From contig JAUUZV010000001.1 in the NCBI GenBank assembly GCA_030592085.1, positions 807 through 64,806 on the forward strand: a stretch of DNA of 64,000 bases, in the 5' to 3' direction. Position 1 is the stretch's first letter. The number at the start of each line of letters is the position of its first letter. Below, in pieces: positions 18,900 to 27,763 of this stretch. Position numbers and translations under genes: made by a program. Below the pieces are notes generated by a model, which made no database searches, had not been told where the DNA came from, and saw only the letters and a program-made list of their open reading frames with translations. This DNA is from Clostridia bacterium (GTDB taxonomy: Bacteria; Bacillota; Clostridia; DUPQ01).

Positions 18900-19307
18900 A
18901 TGGCATCTGAAATGATCAATAACGAAGAATTAAACAATATGATACCTAAAGATCGTCACTCTGTTTTTAAAAAATTATCAGCAGAGGAAATAAGAAACTT
19001 ACATCCATCATATGTTAAAGTCATTGAAGAAAGTGGTATTACAGTTGAAGAGTATTTAGAACGAGTAAGAACAAAAAAATATCAAAAAAATAATAATCAA
19101 AAAATGAATGAACAACAAATGAATGATTTGGTAGATAAAGAAGTTGAGAAGGTAAAACAGCGGGATAAAACTGATGTTTTGAATAAGATTAAACACGCAA
19201 AACCACCTAAATCCGGCTCAAGGTTTGAAGATGTGTTAAAAGGTTATGAAGAAAAATATAAATATAAGTACAAGCGATTTGTCAAAGATTACAGGAATTC
19301 ATCTTAG
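18900..19307 (+). CDS. hypothetical Lys/Glu-rich protein
   Basis: 135-aa ORF of charged low complexity. Confidence 0.35.
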   Translation: MASEMINNEELNNMIPKDRHSVFKKLSAEEIRNLHPSYVKVIEESGITVEEYLERVRTKKYQKNNNQKMNEQQMNDLVDKEVEKVKQRDKTDVLNKIKHAKPPKSGSRFEDVLKGYEEKYKYKYKRFVKDYRNSS

Positions 19308-19382
19308 TTATGTTTCACGATTAAAGAAACAAGTTAAGGAATATTTAGAAGATCAAAATAAAAAACATTAAATGAGGTAAAA

Positions 19383-19877
19383 ATGATACAAAATCCAGAA
19401 ATGATTATAGAAAAAGATTTTGTTTCTCCAGTTACAGAGGAACAAATACAAATGAATGGAATTGATTTGAGAGTTGAAAGTGTACAGTCTATTGAAGGTG
19501 TTGTTTCTATATTTAAAGATAGTAAACAGTTGCCAAATTATATAAATATAAAGAGTGAAGTTAATTTAAATAAAGGAAAAATTTGGAAATTAGAACCTGG
19601 TAAAGCTTATCTTTTACAAATAGCAGAAACAATAAAAATACCAGAAGGAATGTGTGCTATGGTTTGGATGCGTTCAACCTTTAATAGAAGTGGAATTCCT
19701 ATCTTTGCCTGTGTTTTTGATTCAGGTTATGAAGGCAAACCAACATTCACAGCATATCCTACAATTCCTTTGTATTTAGAAAAAGGAACAAGGGTGGCTC
19801 AGATAGTTTATTTTAATGCTGATACTGCTAAAATGTATGTTGGTCAGTATCAAGGAGAAGGAATAAAAAAAGAATGA
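19383..19877 (+). CDS. dCTP deaminase/dUTPase-superfamily enzyme
   Basis: NGIDLRV, LEPGKAYLLQ and VFDSGYEGK are the beta-barrel dUTPase/Dcd motifs. SD GAGGT upstream. Confidence 0.6.
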   Translation: MIQNPEMIIEKDFVSPVTEEQIQMNGIDLRVESVQSIEGVVSIFKDSKQLPNYINIKSEVNLNKGKIWKLEPGKAYLLQIAETIKIPEGMCAMVWMRSTFNRSGIPIFACVFDSGYEGKPTFTAYPTIPLYLEKGTRVAQIVYFNADTAKMYVGQYQGEGIKKE

Positions 19878-19892
19878 ATGAGGTAATATAAA

Positions 19893-20123
19893 ATGAAAAA
19901 AATGAATACTTTAAGTAGGGCAACAATTTATGTGCATCGAAATCATGAAATGAGAGAAAAAGGAAGACTCAAATTTTTTAAACATGAAAGAATTAGGATT
20001 GAAATTAAATTAAAAAATAAAGAAAAAGCTGATTTCATTTATGCTGATGAGCTACAGAAATATCTAGCCGAAAATTTTGAATATGGAACAAAGTTAGAAA
20101 AGGAGGAGAAAAAAGATGAATAA
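19893..20123 (+). CDS. hypothetical small basic protein
   Basis: 76-aa ORF with an SD upstream. Confidence 0.3.
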   Translation: MKKMNTLSRATIYVHRNHEMREKGRLKFFKHERIRIEIKLKNKEKADFIYADELQKYLAENFEYGTKLEKEEKKDE

Positions 20124-20946
20124 AGAATTACCAAAATATAGAAATAAAGAAGATACAACAGGTTTAGCAATACAAAAAGTTGGTATACGAGGAGTAAGAG
20201 CACCGTTTACTTTAAAAACAAAAAATGGTGGAGATCAAGAAACTATAGGAACTTGGAGTATATATACAGATTTATCAGCACAATTTAAAGGTGTTAGTAT
20301 GAGTCTTATGGAAAGAATACTACATCAAACTTTACAAAATGAAATAAGTGTTGATATATTAAAAGATATAACAACTCAAATTTATGAAAAGTCTGAACAC
20401 AAATCCAAAGATGTATATGTGAAAGTTAAATTTCCATACTCAATTAAAGTTAAAGCACCAGCATCTGGTTTTGAAGCTGTAAAGGTTTATGATTGTATGT
20501 TGGAAGTTAGAAATATTGATGGAAAGATTAAAAAATATTTAACTGTAAAAGTTCAATATATAGCAACTTGTCCATGTGCGGCTGAATTAGCTGATGAATT
20601 AATGAAGACTGAAAATAAACAAAGTATGGCACATCAACAAAGAGGTTTTGCTGAAATTACTATAGAATTTGGAAATGAAATTGTATGGATAGAAGATGTG
20701 ATTAACATTGCAGAAAATGAATTAAAAGCTACACCATATCCAGTTATTAGAAGGCCAGATGAACAAAATATTTGTTATACAGCACGTCAAAACTGTGCTT
20801 TTGTAGAAGAAGCTGTAAGAAATATTTGTCTTGGTCTTATTAAAGAATCTAGAATTTTAGATTATGTTGTAGTATGTAATCATGAGGAAAGTATTCATTC
20901 TCACTCAGCCGTTGCTGTAATGAATGATGGAAAGGAGTTAAAATGA
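20116..20946 (+). CDS. folE2: GTP cyclohydrolase FolE2/MptA family (GCYH-IB)
   Basis: N-terminal VGIRGVRAPF, GVSMSLMERI (compare GxHMSRF) and the conserved CPC motif (ATCPCAAEL). SD GGAGGAG upstream. Confidence 0.65.
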   Translation: MNKELPKYRNKEDTTGLAIQKVGIRGVRAPFTLKTKNGGDQETIGTWSIYTDLSAQFKGVSMSLMERILHQTLQNEISVDILKDITTQIYEKSEHKSKDVYVKVKFPYSIKVKAPASGFEAVKVYDCMLEVRNIDGKIKKYLTVKVQYIATCPCAAELADELMKTENKQSMAHQQRGFAEITIEFGNEIVWIEDVINIAENELKATPYPVIRRPDEQNICYTARQNCAFVEEAVRNICLGLIKESRILDYVVVCNHEESIHSHSAVAVMNDGKELK

Positions 20947-21293
20947 GCAAAATAACTAAATCAATAATTGTAAAAACAGTTTTTAATGGAGAACATATGT
21001 ATGAAGATGCACCAGAAGAAATTAAATTTCTGAGGGAACTTCACCCGCATATTTTTTTTGTATCGGCAAATATAGAGGTAACTAATAGCACTCGTGAATT
21101 AGAATTTTTCATGGTAAAAAGAGTTATAGACGACTATTGTAAAGAGTTTTTAACAGGTAATAGTGGTCGCTCTTGCGAAACTATGGCAGAATCTATTATT
21201 AATCTTTTACATAAAAAATATGGAAAAAGAAATTGTACTGTAACTGTATACGAAGATAACCAGAATGCTGGGAGGGTAAAATATGAAATTTGA
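20943..21293 (+). CDS. hypothetical protein
   Basis: 116-aa ORF, translationally coupled to its neighbours (ATGA overlap). Confidence 0.35.
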   Translation: MSKITKSIIVKTVFNGEHMYEDAPEEIKFLRELHPHIFFVSANIEVTNSTRELEFFMVKRVIDDYCKEFLTGNSGRSCETMAESIINLLHKKYGKRNCTVTVYEDNQNAGRVKYEI

Positions 21294-21516
21294 AATAACT
21301 TTAGATGTGAAAGATGAAGCTATACAAAAACATTTTAAAGATTTTTGTCAAAGTTTAGCTGATAGATTTGCTGCAGGGGAAAAAGAATACGGTGTAAGTA
21401 GTTACATGGATATGGATTTAGAAGAAGAATTAAAACAGGAATTACTCGATATTCCAAATTATTTGTTGTTAAGGTTTATTCAAATGCAAAAAAGAAAGGA
21501 GGCGGCAAAAAAATGA
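21283..21516 (+). CDS. hypothetical small acidic protein
   Basis: 77-aa ORF with SD GGGAGGG. Confidence 0.3.
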   Translation: MKFEITLDVKDEAIQKHFKDFCQSLADRFAAGEKEYGVSSYMDMDLEEELKQELLDIPNYLLLRFIQMQKRKEAAKK

Positions 21517-22262
21517 AATTAGCTTTTATTAGTACTATAAAGAACCCACAACTAAGTTTAGAAGGAGATTTGTTATTCACTTTAGCACAACATGCTTTTA
21601 AGGTAGATGATTATATTGAATTTTATAAAAAACAAAAAAAATACAAGATTGTTGATTGTGGCGCCGCGGAACATGAAACTGTAAAACCAGAAATATTGTT
21701 AGATGTAGCTCGTGAATTGGATGCTAATGAAATCATTGTTCCAGATAAATTATGTGTTGGTTGGCGCTCAACTTTAATGGCTAAAAATTTTTTTGAAACA
21801 CTTAGTCATGATGAAGCAAAAAAATATACTTTTCAATTAGTTGGTCAAGGAAAAACACCAGAACAATATATGACAAATGTAAATAATGTACTTAATCATG
21901 ATTTATGTCCACCAAATGTTATTTTAGGCATAAGTAAATTTTCTTCAGTTATGTCTTTTGGTAACAGAGTAAGATGTGTAAAACATCTTATTGATAATGG
22001 TATCAAAAATGAAATGCATTTGCTTGGTACTACAGATGATTTAGCTGAGATTGTGAAGTTGAAAGACATTGCTCAAATTAGAAGTAATGATAGTTGTATT
22101 GCTATTTTAGCAGCAACTGAAGGATTAAAATTTACAAAAGATAATTTGTCTACGCTTAAACGTCCTGTAACTACAAATAAATATTTTGATATTCAGATGA
22201 GTGAAGAACAAATATTATTGGCTAAAGAAAATATGAAAGTACTAAAAAATACACAGGCTTAA
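21513..22262 (+). CDS. hypothetical protein at the end of the deazaguanine module; candidate transglycosylase (DpdA/TGT-like?), unproven
   Basis: 249-aa ORF with SD AAGGAGG. Its position after FolE2/QueD/QueE is suggestive, but no diagnostic motif was recognised by eye. Confidence 0.3.
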   Translation: MKLAFISTIKNPQLSLEGDLLFTLAQHAFKVDDYIEFYKKQKKYKIVDCGAAEHETVKPEILLDVARELDANEIIVPDKLCVGWRSTLMAKNFFETLSHDEAKKYTFQLVGQGKTPEQYMTNVNNVLNHDLCPPNVILGISKFSSVMSFGNRVRCVKHLIDNGIKNEMHLLGTTDDLAEIVKLKDIAQIRSNDSCIAILAATEGLKFTKDNLSTLKRPVTTNKYFDIQMSEEQILLAKENMKVLKNTQA

Positions 22263-22508
22263 ATGTGTATTTTATAGGCCAATAGTATTTAAATATTTAC
22301 ATTTTTATATACTATAATAATGTATAAAATACAAATTCTTAATAAATTTACCGGTTGGGATAGTTTTAAACATAAAAAAACTAAAAAAACTCAATATTTT
22401 TTAACTAAATCTAATGCTATGAGAATTATTACTGTTTTTTTAGGAAATATAAAAAATATTAGAATAGTAAATACAGAAGATAAAAAAATTGTTTTCGAGA
22501 GGTGAAAA

Positions 22509-22760
22509 ATGACTAAAACAACATATAATATATATCATGAAAAAGGAAAGGTAGATGAGTTTATAGCTTATTCTTCACAAGATGCTGCATATAAACACGT
22601 TAGAAAAGTAGATGCAAAAATAGGTCATAAATTTATTGTAGGTTCTAATTTAGCACCACCGTTTTTTTCTTATGTAGTAAAAACAGTAGAAGGAAGACGA
22701 AAGGCTGTTAAAGTTGATAAAATTAAGACTGATATTACTCGTGGATTTTTAATGAAGTGA
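22509..22760 (+). CDS. hypothetical small protein
   Basis: 83-aa ORF with SD GAGGTG. Confidence 0.3.
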   Translation: MTKTTYNIYHEKGKVDEFIAYSSQDAAYKHVRKVDAKIGHKFIVGSNLAPPFFSYVVKTVEGRRKAVKVDKIKTDITRGFLMK

Positions 22761-22787
22761 CGATTATTTAAAAAACAATATGAATGA

Positions 22788-23906
22788 ATGACTATGAAAG
22801 CCGTATTATATATGAGATTGTTTGAAGATTCTGGAATAACTAAATTACAAATATTTAAAAATAAAAAAGAACATCTTGTTGAGTTACCATTTAAACCTTA
22901 TTTTTTTGACTCAGCCAAAATAGATGGGTTAGTTGGAGAAGAAGTTATTTTAAAACCAGTTGATACATTACAACCTACTAAACTTTTTAAATATGAAGTT
23001 GATTCTGTAAAAGATATACCTAAATTAAGAACTAAAACGAGTATAGCTGCAGATGTAAATTATTTATTACGATTATGTATAGATCAACCTAGCTTTTTGA
23101 ACCAGTATTTTCAAACAGATGAATTAACATTTTTATATCTTGATATTGAAACTGATAGTATTGGAATTTTCCCTAAGCCTGAATTGAACCCAATTATTAG
23201 TATAGGATATGCTATTAATGATGGTCCAGTAAAAGTAATTAAAATTGATAAATTAGAAGATGGTGATATAAAACTTTTATTAGAGTTTAATGAAGTTATG
23301 GAAAAGTACAATCCTGATGTCATAGTTGGATATAATATTTTAATGTTCGATTTACCATATATTTTGAAAAGAATGAAAAAGAATGGAATAAGTACAGATT
23401 GTTGGACAAGAGGTAAAACATCTGCATTTTTCACAACTAGTTCTGGTAATGAAGTTTATAATATTCAAGGAAGGTTTGTATTTGATGTGATTAAAGAAGT
23501 GTTTCAAGATCAAACAATTCATGGCATTTCGAAAGGATTAAAACCAGTTTCAAAATATTTTAAAGTTGATGAAAAAATAAGACAAATACCAGGATATGAA
23601 GATTATCAAATTATAACTGAAGATGTTCATATCACGAGGCCATTAATCGGAACAGATAAATTGGCAAAATATAATGAGAGTGATGTTCTTATCACACGTG
23701 AATTATGTAAAATGTACATTGCTAATGTGATAGCGTTTGCAGAAATGTTACATGCTCCATTAAATATGATGGCTAAACGAACTACAAGTATGATAGGTTC
23801 TATTTTTTATGCAACCGAACTTAAAAAGAAAGGTATTATTGAATGTACTATGCCTAATTATAAAAGACACCCAGATGTATTTGGAACTTTAAAGGAGGGT
23901 TATTAA
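22788..23906 (+). CDS. polB: family B DNA polymerase, N-terminal half (3'-5' exonuclease domain)
   Basis: Exo I is YLDIETD, Exo II is YNILMFDLPY, Exo III is YNESD. The gene ends in TAA, which overlaps the ATG of the next gene. Confidence 0.75.
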   Translation: MTMKAVLYMRLFEDSGITKLQIFKNKKEHLVELPFKPYFFDSAKIDGLVGEEVILKPVDTLQPTKLFKYEVDSVKDIPKLRTKTSIAADVNYLLRLCIDQPSFLNQYFQTDELTFLYLDIETDSIGIFPKPELNPIISIGYAINDGPVKVIKIDKLEDGDIKLLLEFNEVMEKYNPDVIVGYNILMFDLPYILKRMKKNGISTDCWTRGKTSAFFTTSSGNEVYNIQGRFVFDVIKEVFQDQTIHGISKGLKPVSKYFKVDEKIRQIPGYEDYQIITEDVHITRPLIGTDKLAKYNESDVLITRELCKMYIANVIAFAEMLHAPLNMMAKRTTSMIGSIFYATELKKKGIIECTMPNYKRHPDVFGTLKEGY

Positions 23907-25105
23907 TGCCTTTTTTTAGAGAGTCTCGATTTAATGATGAGAAAGGAATACAAGGAGCTATTGTAGAGATTTATAAAACTGGTTTAATACGAAAAATAAA
24001 AAAGGTTGATTTTTCTGCTTTTTATCCTAGCATTGTTATGAGTTTTAATTTATCACCAGAAACAACAAAGATAAAGGAATATTTACCTTATACTAATAAA
24101 TATGATTTTGATATACAAAAGGATAGAACATTGTTATATATTCCAGATAATAGAATTAATAAAACAGTTGTCATTGAAATAAATAACACTATTCAAGGAT
24201 TTCTTCCAGCAAAACTTATTGAATTTAAAGAAAAAAGAGATAAGATTAAATTAAGATTAAGAGAAAAAAATTTAACACCAGGTGAACAAGTTTATCTTAA
24301 TAGTTTATCATGGACTTATAAAATTTTATCAAATTCTGTTGGTTATGGAATTAATAAAAATGCATGGTTTAAATATGGAGATTTATCAATATCAATAGCA
24401 ATTACTGGATTGGCTAGATATTTTATTCAGTTTGTAATGGACTTAAATCTTGATAAGAATATTGAAGTAGATACTGATGGTATATATGTAGATGGTGATA
24501 TAAATATTGATGATGTTAATTATAAAATAAAGGAACATACATTAGATAAATTTAATATTCCATTTGTTAAAAATTATTTATTTTTAGAGTTAGATGAATA
24601 CGATGCTGGATTTTTTTATAAAACTAAGAATTATCTTTTATTTAATAATGGTAAAGTTATAAAACATGGTGTTACATTTTTATCAAGTAGTAAAACAATA
24701 CTTTTTAAGAAAGCTTTAGATAAAATAGCTGAATATATATTTAATAATAAGTCAGTTATTGAAGCTGTTAATATACTTATAAATGAAGAAAGTACACTTA
24801 AAGATTTTACTATGAAAACTAATATAAATCAACCTATTTCTGAATATAAAAATGATGGATGTTTGCAAAAACAATTAGCTAAACAAGTTAAAGAACATTT
24901 AAAACAAGATTTACAAGTTTCTGATACAATCGATTATATTAAGACCAAAGATGGCTATAAAATATTAACGATAGCAAAGTTACACGAAGTTGATAAAAGA
25001 TATTATTATGATCAATTACAAACGTTAATTAATATTTTTACTGATGAAAAAATTAGTATTGAGAACGGTGGAGCTGTAATACAAAAAAAACTTGAAGGGT
25101 ATTAG
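23906..25105 (+). CDS. polB: family B DNA polymerase, C-terminal half (polymerase domain)
   Basis: Motif A is DFSAFYPSI, motif B is KILSNSVGYG, motif C is VDTDGIYV. It is in a different frame from the upstream half and overlaps it by 1 nt. Confidence 0.75.
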   Translation: MPFFRESRFNDEKGIQGAIVEIYKTGLIRKIKKVDFSAFYPSIVMSFNLSPETTKIKEYLPYTNKYDFDIQKDRTLLYIPDNRINKTVVIEINNTIQGFLPAKLIEFKEKRDKIKLRLREKNLTPGEQVYLNSLSWTYKILSNSVGYGINKNAWFKYGDLSISIAITGLARYFIQFVMDLNLDKNIEVDTDGIYVDGDINIDDVNYKIKEHTLDKFNIPFVKNYLFLELDEYDAGFFYKTKNYLLFNNGKVIKHGVTFLSSSKTILFKKALDKIAEYIFNNKSVIEAVNILINEESTLKDFTMKTNINQPISEYKNDGCLQKQLAKQVKEHLKQDLQVSDTIDYIKTKDGYKILTIAKLHEVDKRYYYDQLQTLINIFTDEKISIENGGAVIQKKLEGY

Positions 25106-25192
25106 TTTTTAATGTACTATTATAGGGGTAAAGCATGGTAGCATTTATATATAAGTACTTATTATTACACCTTATAACAAGTTAAAACGCTT

Positions 25193-25381
25193 GTGGAGGC
25201 AAATAATATGAAAACTAAAATATATAATGTACCAGAACCAACAAGAGTAGAACAAATTGCTTTTATGAAAGCTAATTACCCAAAAGTTGATAACAGTGCT
25301 ATTATAAAACAACTTGGAATAAATAAAAGTTATTTTTACAGACTTGTAGGAAAAGTTACTACCGCTGTTCATGCAGCTTAA
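25193..25381 (+). CDS. small HTH-like protein
   Basis: 62 aa. IIKQLGINKSYFYRLV resembles a helix-turn-helix. Confidence 0.3.
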   Translation: MEANNMKTKIYNVPEPTRVEQIAFMKANYPKVDNSAIIKQLGINKSYFYRLVGKVTTAVHAA

Positions 25382-25401
25382 TTTTATTCAAATGTGATGG
25401 A

Positions 25402-25857
25402 GTGAAAAAAATGACTGAAGAAATTTTAATTTCGGAAGATGGGGAAACTCAAGTACTTTTATCAGATATACATAAATTTACTGTTTTTCACAAAACTTAT
25501 GAGAATGGATTAAAATTAAAAGCATATGTCAATCCTGATTTATGTACTGTTATTGATGATATGGGTGAAGTAATTAAAAAAGGCAAGTATGAACATTTTC
25601 AAGTATATGAACATGATAAATTTTGTGCAGGAAGTAGACCAGGAAGTAGAGAAAGAATATCAAGAGAAATATCAAATGGTTTTATAGTGTTAGGCAAATA
25701 TAATAAGTGTAGAACGAAGCTTATGAATAAAGTTAAAAAAGAAGCAAAAACAAAACAAAATAATAGTGTAGTAATGACAGGAATGAGTAGTGGTTATGCA
25801 GTACATAATAGTTATTTAGAATTAAAAATGAATGGTGATAATGATGTCAAAATATAA
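25402..25857 (+). CDS. hypothetical protein
   Basis: 151-aa ORF. Confidence 0.35.
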   Translation: MKKMTEEILISEDGETQVLLSDIHKFTVFHKTYENGLKLKAYVNPDLCTVIDDMGEVIKKGKYEHFQVYEHDKFCAGSRPGSRERISREISNGFIVLGKYNKCRTKLMNKVKKEAKTKQNNSVVMTGMSSGYAVHNSYLELKMNGDNDVKI

Positions 25858-26095
25858 CACCAATAAAAAATATAGAGAATGTGTAAAAAGATGTGTTAAA
25901 AAATATAGAGCTACTGAGAAAGGTATTATAACAACTCAACGAGCATTAAAAAAATTAAAAGATGTATATCCAGATTACATGAAAGATTATATGAAAAAAC
26001 GAAGATCTGAAGCAAAAATACAAGGTATTTGTTGTAGATGTTTAAAAAGAAAAGCAATTAAAGGCATGGTATTATGTCGAATATGTAGAATATGA
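25832..26095 (+). CDS. basic protein with C-terminal Cys cluster (zinc-binding?)
   Basis: Ends in CCRCLKRKAIKGMVLCRICRI. Confidence 0.3.
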   Translation: MVIMMSKYNTNKKYRECVKRCVKKYRATEKGIITTQRALKKLKDVYPDYMKDYMKKRRSEAKIQGICCRCLKRKAIKGMVLCRICRI

Positions 26096-26391
26096 GGTGT
26101 AATAAAATGAATGAAGAAAATACATTAGGCAAATTCGAATGCGATAAATGTAGTAGTATAACTATTCTTAAAATTGATGATGATATAGGTGGTACTATTG
26201 ATTGTAATAATTGTGGGGAAATGATTGATGTATGTCCTGAATGTAAATCAAAACAGGTTGAAATTGATGATTTTGGTGTTACATTATGTGATATATGTTT
26301 TGAAAAGAATTCAAAAGCAAAAAGTTATGTGCATGAAATGTCAAGACAAGAAGCTTATGATACTGGAAGACCAATGAGTAATAATGATTGA
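26092..26391 (+). CDS. zinc-ribbon protein
   Basis: CDKC..(n)..CNNCG..(n)..CPECK..(n)..CDIC gives four CxxC pairs. Confidence 0.4.
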   Translation: MRCNKMNEENTLGKFECDKCSSITILKIDDDIGGTIDCNNCGEMIDVCPECKSKQVEIDDFGVTLCDICFEKNSKAKSYVHEMSRQEAYDTGRPMSNND

Positions 26392-26495
26392 GATGAATCA
26401 TAAAACATATGGTCTTATTTTTGGTCAAGATGCATTAATAGATTTAATACATTATGAAACTTTAAGTAAAAAAATAAATAACAGAGGAATAAAAA

Positions 26496-26747
26496 ATGGA
26501 AGCAAAAAATGTGTTAGTTGATTACAATGTAGTCAGCGAATTAGCAGGACATCAAGAAAATAAAGGTGTTCAGTTAATAGAAGCAGCTAAAGATATCTTT
26601 AGCAAAGTAAAAGAAAAAGGTATGCAATGTGCAGTGAAAGGAGTTTTTAAAACTTTTAAATCTGTAGATGATTTGATGGATATTTTGATGGACGCTGTTC
26701 ATAATAATTACAGAATATCTGTTTATGATGAGGATTTAGGAGGTTAA
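26496..26747 (+). CDS. hypothetical small protein
   Basis: 83-aa ORF with SD. Confidence 0.3.
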   Translation: MEAKNVLVDYNVVSELAGHQENKGVQLIEAAKDIFSKVKEKGMQCAVKGVFKTFKSVDDLMDILMDAVHNNYRISVYDEDLGG

Positions 26748-26748
26748 A

Positions 26749-27102
26749 ATGGAAAAAAAACATAAACATAAAGGTGTAGATAGGAAACATCTTATTTCAA
26801 GAAAACATAAAAATCCAAAAGTTCAAAAGTTTCATAATGAAGCTTTAAAAAAGGATAAAAAAGATGTTAAAGTTGTTTTACCAACTAAAGTGGTAAATAA
26901 ACCTATTAAAACTGCAAATGTTTCGGTTGATGCTGATGGTTTTATTAGTATTAACGTAGATGCTTTATCATTTAAAGGTGTACGATTAACTTTTACAAGA
27001 CAAGAAGGAAGAACAAAAAAAGAAGTAGCATTACAAATAGATAAAATTCCTTGTAGAAGTGGTGGACATAATCGAAGAAAAGTTAAAGACATAAAAAAAT
27101 AA
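26749..27102 (+). CDS. highly basic His/Lys-rich protein, possibly nucleic-acid binding
   Basis: Begins MEKKHKHKGVDRKHLISRKHKNPK. Confidence 0.35.
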   Translation: MEKKHKHKGVDRKHLISRKHKNPKVQKFHNEALKKDKKDVKVVLPTKVVNKPIKTANVSVDADGFISINVDALSFKGVRLTFTRQEGRTKKEVALQIDKIPCRSGGHNRRKVKDIKK

Positions 27103-27133
27103 TTTTTTTATTTTTTTAAATGGGTGACACAAA

Positions 27134-27763
27134 ATGAATGAAATGGAAACAAAAAAAATAGCAATAGTTGGTGCTGGTGGCATTAATAGTTGGGCTATAA
27201 AATGGTTACATCAGTTAATTGAAGATTTTGATAGAAAATTAATTTATGTAAAGATCTTCGATAATGATGAAGTAGAAGAAAAGAATTTACTACGTAATAA
27301 TCAAAATTTTCAAATAGATGATTTACTATCACAAAAGGCGGAAGTTCTTTCTGAAAGATATAACTTTGATTGTGAAAACATTTTTATTACTGAGGATAAT
27401 ATTCAAAAATTAGCTAGTTTTGATGATATAATTTTAGGAGTAGATAATCATAAAACTAGGAAATTAATTTATGATTTTGCATTAAAGAATAATAAATATG
27501 TTCTTGATATGAGAGCTCAAGGCACTATCATGGGTTTTACAATTATAGATGGTAGTAAAGACATGGATTATTATAATAAAAAAATGTTTAATAATTTAGA
27601 AGTTATGGAAAGAAAAGGTAGTTGTCAGTTAAAGAGTGATGTTGAAAATGATCATATAGAAAATGCTAATCGAGTAATAGCAATGTTAGGTATTTATTCA
27701 GTTTATTTGAAAAGATTAAGAAAAGAAAAAGTATCTACGGACGAATGGAAATTTGTATATTAA
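27134..27763 (+). CDS. ThiF/MoeB/E1-like adenylyltransferase (adenylation domain only)
   Basis: IVGAGGINSW is the Gly-rich loop. FDNDEVEEKNLLRNNQ matches DxDxVExSNLNRQ. LGVDNHKTRKLI matches the DN..R motif. There is no C-terminal CxxC region. Confidence 0.6.
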   Translation: MNEMETKKIAIVGAGGINSWAIKWLHQLIEDFDRKLIYVKIFDNDEVEEKNLLRNNQNFQIDDLLSQKAEVLSERYNFDCENIFITEDNIQKLASFDDIILGVDNHKTRKLIYDFALKNNKYVLDMRAQGTIMGFTIIDGSKDMDYYNKKMFNNLEVMERKGSCQLKSDVENDHIENANRVIAMLGIYSVYLKRLRKEKVSTDEWKFVY

